Part shown: positions 11,501 to 20,843 of the stretch, in pieces
Numbering within the stretch: position 1 is the stretch's first letter
Layout of the letters: each line of letters opens with the position of its first letter
Source of the DNA: Lingula anatina
Taxonomy: Eukaryota > Animalia > Brachiopoda
Length of the DNA stretch: 64,000 nt
NCBI GenBank assembly: GCA_051362555.1
Contig: CM120647.1
Coordinates: 20,188,651-20,252,650 of the forward strand
Reading direction: 5' to 3'
Made by a program: the position numbers and the translations under genes
The notes under the pieces: generated by a model
The model's input: only the letters and a program-made list of their open reading frames with translations
Told to the model about the DNA's origin: nothing
The model's database searches: none

Positions 11501-14011
11501 CAAGAGCTCCATACCATGTATCTTGATCAGCAAAGGGAGTTGACACAAGAACGTGAGTTAGCACTCTCCTCTGTAAGTGACCAAGAACTGAGAAAGGCCA
11601 CAGTCTGCCATTTTGATGAAATTGAGTACAGACTCATGGATCGTGTTGAGAAAAGTCTCAAACTTCTAGAACAATATATCACGCAAAATGAGGACATCAT
11701 CAATCCTATGGCTATTGTTCCATCAGACACAAACTTCGCCAGGAGCTACGAGAATCCACTTACCCCTGAATCACCAGTAGGGGGCACTGGTGTTGCTGTC
11801 ACTTGTTCATCAAACTTACAACATCGTTTGATAGGCAGTGTGACCCCTGTTCAGCCATCTTTAGCATGGACCATTGACACTTCACCCATCATGCCAATGG
11901 ACATTTGCTCTACCAATGCTAAACCCAGCTCTGATGCCACAACAAATCCTCCTCTTGCCAACACTGAGCCAAATGACACTCCATCTGCCACACATGATAT
12001 GGACAAAGCACAAAAGCCTGTGACTTTCAAGATGCCTCCAAAGCCAAGAACTGCCTGCTACGACTTCCCTCGTAAAGTTCTGTGGGCGTGGTTGGTGAAC
12101 AATCAGTATGATCTGTGCCCCACGTCAACCGTCACCTCTGATCTTGCCACCAAGTCTGGCCTCACTATCACCCAGGTGGAGAAATGGTTTCGCAACCAGC
12201 GACAAAACATCAGGTTTGAGACCTTCAGGCTGATAAGGAATAAACCAACACTAGATGGCAGCACAACTCCAACTCCCACCACTACCACCGCCACATGTCC
12301 CAATACAAGCCACAACAGTGACTCAGCTCCCACTAAGAAAAAGAAACATGAGCGTCGTCCAATGCCCTACGAGAGTGAAATGAACCATTTGTGGAAATGG
12401 TTGATGAGAAATGACTGCAACTTGTATCCCTCTGAAACAGTGATAAGAGAGATAAGCAACAAAATGGACATGTCTTCTGAGCGCCTGGTGCAGTGGTTCC
12501 GAGCTCAGAGGGAGGGTCTTAAGCGCAAAGCTTCTCCATATTTGTCATGAACTGTTGGTTTAAAATTTAAACAGTTTGTAAACAGTAAAGATGGTATGTG
12601 TGGCTACAGCAACTTTCAACTTTTTCCAAAATCATTTCTAATCATCAATATGCATGCTTGTTTTAATATGGTTATTATTGTGTTATAAGACAAATTAAAG
12701 TGCAAATTTTAGAAATGATGCAGAACTTAGTATTTAAATGTACTTAGTTAATTGGAAATTTGTATTTGACGCAAATTGATCAGTGTAACTGCCAAGAATT
12801 TTTTTTTTTTTTTTTTTTTTGTATCTCAGTTATGTACATGTATCTTAGCTTACATGATGGAATCATTTGTTCATCTTATTATGACAAAACAATTCAGTTA
12901 ACAAACTTGTACCCAGATTGTTTTACTTAGCTGAATTTCATGTAGTATTTTCTGTAGTGTAACTGCTCAAAAATAATAATGTCAATGTACTAACAGTTTA
13001 TAAGTAAAGACAATGCCAAATGTTCACACTTTAAATTTATGCCATTAATCAGATAATTGACAACTGCCAAAGATTGATAAATTGTAAGACCTGTTTGTTT
13101 CTATCTTTCTTTACTTCTTTGTATTATGATGATTATTGCATGACTACCTTGTATTTTTAAAGTGTTCAACTCAGAAATTTTCTGTAAGATTTGATTTACG
13201 ACACAATTTGCTCTCTTCATATGCCATTTTGACAAATAAACAAAAGTACAACTGAACCATTATATTGTTTCCTCAATACCTTCAGGCTTCAGACATCCAA
13301 CAAACTTCAGTCATGCACATAACATGTGTATACCATCCCACAGCGTTATTTTCCCAAATCTGTGTTGTTATTCCCACTGGCAAGATTATGTTACGACCTG
13401 CATCAATATGCCTCCTCAACATACCCCCCCCCCCCGCCCCAGCTTGATCTCAACCCCCACCATCAACACTGATACCCCCAGGGGTGGATCCAGAGATATT
13501 TTCTGACAGTCTCTCAAATTATCTATGTTGATCCCTCCTACATCCCTCTTCCGACAGAAAAAAGTAAGATACCAGTCATTGTAAACTTGAAAATCTGACC
13601 GTCTTCCTGAAGACCCAGACAGCGGCCTCAATCTGCCCCTGACCCCATCCCCAAACTGGGTTTTGAATGACCACCAATCAACTTCAGTCACTTTCACTGA
13701 TTGTCACTGTGATGTTAAAGGATACAGCCAATACCTGGGACAGTCTGTGAGCACCTTAAATTTCAACTCTAACTCGTTCTCACCTCGCTATACACTTTGA
13801 CTCACCTGTTCAGTGGGCAACTTGGTTTCACTCACCTGTACAATTTTACTCACCTGTTAAGTATATAGCCTTACTATACTCACCTGTAAACATCTGGATA
13901 TTCATCCTGCAGAAGGTTGAGGACAAATGTTCCAACTCCTGACCCTGTTCCTGAACAAGAAAATAAAATGATCACATACATATGAATCAATGCAGAATGC
14001 TTAAGTTTTAC

Positions 14012-14064
<53 letters not shown>

Positions 14065-14882
14065 GTTGTTGTTGTTGTTGTTGTTTTTACTTTTGCATTT
14101 GTTAGGATAACACACACAGAGGTTTTAATTGTCCCTAAAGAGATTTAGACTGGTCGTTAAAGTGATTTTTTTTCTTTTGCTGTGCCTTTGAGACTCCTCC
14201 TCCCCCCCCCCCCCCCCCCCCCCCCATAGCACGGCCATTGGGAAGGAAGCACACTGCAATTCAAACCTCAACTTAATTTTCAAATCTGCAAAGACAAAAA
14301 AAGTGAAATAATGGAAAGGGTTATACTCTTTATATCAACATCCCAGCTAATCCTGACAGACAGATGCCATTTGGCTCCCATTGCGTTGTCGTGTAAACAA
14401 AGCTTAGATAGTGACCTTGACCCGACCTAGTTTCGCTTTACAACATGGCCGATAAGACTGAGGGATGACAGTTGCTCCATTTATTTAAAATAGTGAGGTA
14501 GACATAGACATAGGGGAGGATACTAGCATTTTTTTAAGGCGACACAGAGAATATGCGGGCGTCAAAACTACTTTTGGGGATTTTTTTGTGAGAAAATAAC
14601 AAAGGTAACTACGGATCTTGTAGTAGTACTAGTAGTAGTGAAACTGAAACGATGTCGAAAAAATTGAAACCTCTCTCTTCAAGTAGTAACTTGCACGTTG
14701 AAGGTGAGCAAAATAACGCATTGAAACAATTAGTATAAATGTAAGGCAAGAGGGATAATTTTCCTCCTCTCAATTTCTCCTCTAAACTAGTATCACAAGG
14801 CTTTTCAAGGTTGCCGCCATGTTCTTTGTTTTCAGCATCAAGTCATGGCGGTGTAGTACTGAGTCATGTTTTATTAATTTTA

Positions 14883-14919
<37 letters not shown>

Positions 14920-17417
14920 GGTCCCACCGTAGTGGGAAATAGAAGGTAAATTTTCATTTTCACTTCAGGTGACTGTTGCTCATCATCACAAGTGTCGATA
15001 AAGACAGTGCAGTTTTCAAGGAAGTAATAGTGAAATAATAATACACTTCACGTAAGTTTCTTTTTATTTTGGGCTACAAGTACCGGTACATCTGTTATAT
15101 TTTCTCTAATTTTGTAATGGCTAAGGCACTGAATCTATTTATTTTTAACAGTTGTAGTCATAGTTACAGTAATGGATTTTTAAATAGCATCTAAGCACAT
15201 ATTTTCATCACCCTGATATTTCCCTACCAGTTTTTTTTTTTTTTTTTCAATGGCTGACACTACATGTATAGCAAGTAATGTACAATTAATATTGTAAATG
15301 TACATTTGGTTAGGTTTTGAACTGTGATAGTGTGTGACTTAAAAAAGTACTAGTAATAATCAGAATTAGTTATTCACTATTGGTTCATAATAAAAAAAAA
15401 TTGACCACATTCCACAGATATCACTTACATGGACCAGTAGTAAAACACAAGGTTACAGTACCACTGTCTGTCTTATTGTAAAAATATCCTTATTTTCCAG
15501 ATGCTACCAACACAACAAGATGTCTGACCATGTCTTAGCCAATCAGATCTCAGCAGACCACCTGACCTGCAGTATCTGTCTGGGGCGTTACTGTCAGCCC
15601 AAGGCTCTACCTTGCCTTCACACCTTCTGCCTACAGTGCCTCCAAGATCACATCACAGCCACTGGCCGATCTGGCGTCTTTGAATGTCCAAACTGCCGCA
15701 AACAGACCATAGCCATTAGAGGCGGAGCATCCTGTTTCCCAGACAACCATATAATAAACAGTCTGCAACACACTGTAGGTGGCAGCACCTCTCCTGAGCC
15801 TTCAGCACCACCTAGTGAGGAGGTTGATGAAGAGGACAATGTGGGGTCTCCAGTGAGGACACCACCAGGTTCAGCAGACGTCCCAGTAATACAATGGCCT
15901 CCACCACCCCCTCGTCCCCCACAAGCCCCTGTCCCTTCTGTACCATCCCCTACCCATTCTTCAAATCACCCAACAAGTACACCCACTCCTCCCCCTCCCC
16001 CAACACCCCCTAGGCCTGCACACCCTCCCCTCGCACCCATCACCCCCAGGACAGCTAACTCACCCCACACACCAACTATCACTACCCCCCAAAGAGCACC
16101 CCCACCTCCACCCCCTGTACCACAAAGAACCACCTCCCCAGGGTCACAGGGTCGACTGTGCACAGGATATCGTCTTCTCAGGCCCACTGGTGTCACCATT
16201 CTCAACACTGGTGACGTTGTGGTGTCAGACAGCGGTGATAACAAAATCGTCACCTTTGCTCACGGTGGTCAATACCGCTCCCATTTTCAGTGCGATTGTG
16301 AGGTGAAAGATATTGCGACGATGCCTGATGATACTCTGATTGTTGCTGTTAATAAGGCGGGATCTGCCATTGCCCGGGTTTATTCCCACGATGGCCGTGT
16401 GTTGAAAGACCTTGGGAATCAGTACTACTATGAAGAGCCTCATGGGATAACGGTCAGTCACCAAACTGACCAGTTTATAGTCACTAATGTGGTGCGCTGC
16501 TGCATCTATCTTTTCAATATGGGGGGCAAGCTGGCACAGCAATTCGGCAGTAAGGGTCACAGCACCACTGGGTTCTCCCCATATTACTGTGCCATAAACG
16601 GGAAAGGAAATAAAATTCATGTGTCTAACACTGATGCCCATAATGTCAAAGTTTTTGACACACTGGGTAATTTAAAGCACATGTTTGGGGAGGAAGGGAA
16701 TAAACCTGGACAGCTCAAATCACCCCAGGGGATCTGTTTGGACAACAGGGACAACATCATAGTTGCCGATTCTGGGAATTATCGCATACAACAATTCGAC
16801 CATCAAGGCAAATTCAAGAAGGTGTTAATACGGGATACCAGGCAGCAGGATGGAGGTTTGAATGGAAAACCATGTGGCTTGGCTTTGTCCCCGAGACTTA
16901 ATATTTTGGCAGTGACCGTGCAGGGGCCGTCGCAAGGTGGCGTGATTCTGTACCCATACAGGGGGAATTCTGGGAAGGTCAATCCTGTTACTGGGAGTCC
17001 TCAGTCAGGGGCTTGTAATGTTTCATAGCAGCAAACAAGAACATTAACATCTATGAAGATTTAAAGGCATATTTAAAAAAAAAAAAAAAACCTTATTGTG
17101 TGTATTAAGGCAAAAGAGAGGGCAACAGCAAAAAGGATAAGACTACAAACCACAAAGTTACTGAAGTGGCCTTTTTTCTGAGGCTTCACCAAAGACATAA
17201 GTGATATTATTTTAATATTATTTTTTAAAGCCTTATGGTGTCATGAAGTACTCATGCAAATGAGAAAGGAATATTTCCAGGCCCATGCATTATTCAGAGG
17301 GTATAGAGAGACTTGTAGTTAGATTTTGAGTTAATAATTCATGATGCTGTCTGTCCTTCCATGTTATGCTGTATCTCAGGAAAAGTGTTTTGTGTAAATT
17401 TTTAAACATTTTTTTTT

Positions 17418-17450
<33 letters not shown>

Positions 17451-20161
17451 TAATTAAAAACTTGGTCATTGTTAATTGATGATATTTTCCTCAGATTATT
17501 GTCAATGTTTTCATGCAAATAATTCTTCATCAATTATTACATACTATTTGTGACCAAGGTTAATTTTGAAATTAATATTGCTTATCAATATGCAACACAT
17601 GCAGCAATATTTAGATAAATGCTTTTTGACAACAGAAGATAGAAAAGCTTTCTGTTCTTGAGAAAACTGTTGTATTGTTTTGTGCTTAATCATCCAAAAA
17701 AGCCTTGATATCAAATTAAACGTTTTATGAATGCAACACACTGTTAAGCTTTCCTTGCAGAAGAAAAGATGATATTTTAAATATTATTAAGTTGTAAAGA
17801 GAAATAAATGACATTTAAAATTTAATTGTCTGATTCTATGATAAGCACCACTGTGATACATTTCCCTCATCAAATTTTTCCTTTTCAAATTACCTCCTCC
17901 CATAGAATGAATAACAAAAAAGCACTGCAGGCAGTCGCACAGCTCCACGGCACGCCTCACTGTCTCTGAAATCTCATCTTTGTACTTTTCTCCATACATT
18001 TTATGGCCAACTGCCCTGAATGTTATAAATAAAAATATATCATAAATTTACTGATAATGAAAAATCATTTAACAGGACAAGGGCTTTTAGACACTATAGG
18101 ATAGGTGATTGTTTGATAAATACAAGGCTGCTACATGTTTACTGTAGCAGAAATATATTCTTTTTTATTAAGTTTCAGATGCAACATAAAGTCACATGTA
18201 ACACGGTCAACTGTCCACATAAAATGTAAAACGCATCACTTCCTATTACAATGCATTTAAGTGTGATTTATTTCCTACTATAACATAAATATAAAATTGT
18301 GCACTTTAGAAAAAACTAAAGAATTATATTTATTTCACAAAAAAAAAGGAAAAAAAAAAGCCTTAAAAACCAAATTCAGAAGTCCAAATCAAGCCAAATA
18401 ACACAATCTAATGGGCAAAAACAGCAGGTCTTAATTGGTATGTTATATACAAGGTTCTTGATACATATGGCATAGGTGCCTCTTAATTTCTCTTCGTGAC
18501 TTAGACTGAAGCCTACCAGTTATTTCCAGATCCAGACACATCTGTTATCAACTGCTTGTAATCAAATATATCCCCCAGGGGCCCCTTCAGTGATCCACTG
18601 ACCACGCCCTCTTCCATGTCAATCAAAACTGCCTGGAATGCATAATTTATGTGGTAAAACTTTATAGGCCCCATTTTTTCTATACATATCTAAACTATCT
18701 ACTAGTAGTTTAATTTCATATGTTATGGAAGTGTATTCTAAAATCTCACATTTTAACTTTTGGTTGCATTAGAATACTTACAGGTGAGTGACTAAGGTGC
18801 TTACATATATACAAATGTTCAGACTTGAACAGAAATTCATGCTTTGATAATCCATAAGAATAGAACTCTGTCATAAGTCAAGAATCTTGTGCATATGTTT
18901 AAGGGACTGTATATACATGTAATTCATGGTACATGGCAATTCACTAAAACACTTGATAGTAACAAAGATTGATTAACTCCATGAAAATGAAGAATTCAAG
19001 TAGATTATGTATTTGGACACTTTGCAACCTGAGGATTACTTGAATAATATCGTGATGGGTTATCTGAAGTGTACTGTACTGGCTCTTGCTTTGAGATCTA
19101 TTATCAATGAAGAATATACATGTAACTGACCCTGGCTTTGAGAGCCTTGATCTTCCCCTTCCCACTGCCCACAGGTATGTCCAGTGGGTCATCATGGCGA
19201 CCATCTACATTCCTGAAGAAGCTACTGAGAGGCTCATCATAGATTCCAGCCTGAAAATATAAGACAACAGAATAAAAGCAACAGAAAAAGATAAGCACTC
19301 ACTGATTGTAATTTGCACTACTGTATCAGCTCTCTGGAGTCAACAAGTTATATATGGTACCTCATATTAACACATCTCATAACACAACCCTGAGATGCAC
19401 TGTCAGCAGAGAATGGGTGTGTAGATCAAAGCTGGTAAATTGATAATAAAACATGACACACATATGCATTTGTATAGCCCTTTATATGAACATTATGATC
19501 ATCTATACTAGTATATTTATTTGTTTGTGTGCTGTTAGAGTTAGAGTTGTGCTGTCATTGATTGTACCTTGTATGTGAAGGTCTTTATCAATTAAGAATC
19601 TATCTATTCACATTATGATATTTCTACTTAAAGCAGTATTCACCAACCTTGTTCAGGCTTGCATGCTCTCGCAAAGCCAAGTCCCAAAACCTGCAGCCTA
19701 TCTGGTTACCACACTGGCCAACTGAAATAAAGTTACTCGGTATAGCATTAAAACTACATGTACGTTCTTTATGTCTATATTGTCATTCGTCTTCACTTTT
19801 TCCTTTCAACTGATGAATTTTTAAGTTGAACATTTTATTTTAATGCTTTTATTTATCTATTTATCTATTTATTTATTAACTTTGGGAATTCTTGTTCATG
19901 GATCTACATTTGTTAACCCGTTTTGTATTGTACTACATAGATGAAGGTAAATTTATTTCCACTACTGAGCGCTATAGGTTTTTTAAGAGGAAATAAAAAG
20001 TTCAAATTAACAGATTATTTCCTGAGGCAATAACTTGGGTGAATGTCGGAGGGAGGGTACTGACACGATTCTTCGTGCATTTTCTCCCGGCTTACTGTTT
20101 TTTTTTTACACTAATAGAGGTAACCACGTCATTTACCTTGAACAACGATCGACTGCGTCAT
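6028..20161 (-). CDS. TUBE1: Epsilon-tubulin, 12 coding exons, ~485 aa
   Basis: Exons (minus): 20137-20161, 19648-19721, 19131-19250, 18517-18632, 17894-18015, 13884-13950, 9287-9407, 8616-8815, 8025-8165, 7104-7244, 6467-6641, 6028-6183. All introns are GT-AG with consistent phases, total 1458 nt. Translation: MTQSIVVQVGQCGNQIGCRFWDLALREH..., AVLIDMEEGVV, SGSGNNWAVG, tubulin signature HSMGGGTGSG, DDVITSPYNSVLAM, RFEGSLNVDLNEITMNLVPFP, WNQEGWKTGLC. These motifs are diagnostic of epsilon rather than alpha/beta/gamma tubulin. Confidence 0.96.
7602..8013. mobile_element. Two tandem PIF/Harbinger-type MITEs (7602-7835 and 7839-8013) in TUBE1 intron 9
   Basis: TIRs GAGCGCATTCAGAACAG.../...GTTCTGAATGTGCTC and GGCTGTATTCAGAACAG.../...CTGTTCTAAATACGCTC, each bounded by TAA. 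Internal palindrome ATCAAATATGGCCGACCCA..TGGGTCGGCCATATTTGAT. Relatives at ~50860-51040 and ~51075-51360. Confidence 0.7.
9900..10390 (+). promoter_or_regulatory. Promoter/enhancer of the nested homeobox gene
   Basis: TATAAAA at 10379-10385, CCAAT at 10329-10333, and dense TGACA/TGTCA and CAGGTA/TACCTG clusters. Duplicated module TGATTGCAATCAG..CCAGTT..CCTG at 10020 and 10169; GTAAACAA (forkhead-type) at 10063 and 10201. Confidence 0.7.
10593..12550 (+). CDS. Double-homeodomain TALE-class (SPILE-like, spiralian-type) homeobox protein, ~492 aa, nested antisense in TUBE1 intron 6
   Basis: Exon 1 10593-10658 (MMSSYISSMETNLNLPTDSEIQ, donor CAG|GTATG) splices in phase 0 to exon 2 11138-12550 (acceptor CTTACAG). 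Two homeodomains: LWAWL..DLCP..LATKSGLTITQVEKWFRNQR (~12030-12215) and LWKWL..NLYP..ISNKMDMSSERLVQWFRAQR (~12335-12530). Both have 35 residues from helix-1 Leu to the WF Trp, i.e. the TALE 3-aa insertion. AATAAA at 13235. Confidence 0.85.
14010..14084. repeat. (TTA)n(TTG)n compound microsatellite
   Basis: Direct observation. Confidence 0.95.
15520..17028 (+). CDS. RING (C3HC4) + Pro-rich linker + 6 NHL-repeat E3 ubiquitin ligase (TRIM2/3-like but without B-box/coiled coil), nested antisense in TUBE1 intron 5
   Basis: 502-aa uninterrupted ORF. RING: CSICLGRYCQPKALPCLHTFCLQC...CPNC. NHL blades e.g. LRPTGVTILNTGDVVVSDSGDNKIVTF and LKSPQGICLDNRDNIIVADSGNYRIQQF. Acceptor TTTTCCAG at 15500 and a probable UTR exon 14969-15051 (TTCAG|...|GTAAGT). 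Confidence 0.9.
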   Translation: MSDHVLANQISADHLTCSICLGRYCQPKALPCLHTFCLQCLQDHITATGRSGVFECPNCRKQTIAIRGGASCFPDNHIINSLQHTVGGSTSPEPSAPPSEEVDEEDNVGSPVRTPPGSADVPVIQWPPPPPRPPQAPVPSVPSPTHSSNHPTSTPTPPPPPTPPRPAHPPLAPITPRTANSPHTPTITTPQRAPPPPPPVPQRTTSPGSQGRLCTGYRLLRPTGVTILNTGDVVVSDSGDNKIVTFAHGGQYRSHFQCDCEVKDIATMPDDTLIVAVNKAGSAIARVYSHDGRVLKDLGNQYYYEEPHGITVSHQTDQFIVTNVVRCCIYLFNMGGKLAQQFGSKGHSTTGFSPYYCAINGKGNKIHVSNTDAHNVKVFDTLGNLKHMFGEEGNKPGQLKSPQGICLDNRDNIIVADSGNYRIQQFDHQGKFKKVLIRDTRQQDGGLNGKPCGLALSPRLNILAVTVQGPSQGGVILYPYRGNSGKVNPVTGSPQSGACNVS

Positions 20162-20843
20162 TTTAAAAACTTCACTGTAAAGTTTTCATCGTGCTAGATA
20201 GTTTTGATCTTTCACTGCAAAGTGAGCGCTGTAAAATTTCACATTTTCCTGCTACATAATGAAACCATTCTAACTTTGCCGGCCATGACAGTGTAGAGCA
20301 CGCGTAAAATCAAAAGTTGTCGTAGGATATGTTTAGCTAATTATCTATTAATTGTCATATTTTGGATAAATATTCAAAATAAATAGTATATTCATGATAT
20401 TATTGAAATGTAGTTCTAAAATATGTTTTTCTTTATTGTAAATTATGCATTTACCATCAGTGACATATCATCGGTATACTTGCGCTACTAGCGATAAAAA
20501 GCTCTTGTCCAATGAAATCCGTCGTATCAAATCTGTAGCTAACATAAACAATCCAGAGGCTTCAACTTTCTTCGTTGAGGAAAAAAGTTAGAATTTGTCG
20601 AAATCTGAGACCAGTACAGGACGCTGGTCGAAAGTATCACCATGGGAACATCAATTTTTGCAGAAATGATATACCATCAGTCGAATCGATTGAAAATGTG
20701 AGGTTTTAAAACTGGTACCGCCAGCCCTTAAAAGTTCTCCGTCCACGTCCCAAGAGGATTCGCAATTAATTTGAAGTTCAGAGACACCAGTAATTTTGTT
20801 TCTTATACTCAGCTGTTTATAAACGTTACAATTTAAAACCAGT
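20162..20843. promoter_or_regulatory. Bidirectional promoter region TUBE1/DNAJC27 with candidate RFX X-box
   Basis: Divergent ATGs at 20161 (-) and 20844 (+), 682 bp apart. ATCACCATGGGAAC at 20636-20649 fits the X-box consensus RTHNYYWTRRNRAC. CCAAT at ~20509. Confidence 0.6.

Noticed and set aside
14430-14445. TGACCTTGACCC nuclear-receptor direct repeat near the RING-NHL promoter
   Set aside because: Single occurrence of a motif frequent in invertebrate repeats; no other support.
15520-17028. Naming the RING-NHL gene as malin (NHLRC1) or TRIM2/3
   Set aside because: Architecture resembles malin but the RING resembles TRIM2/3; orthology cannot be decided without a phylogeny.
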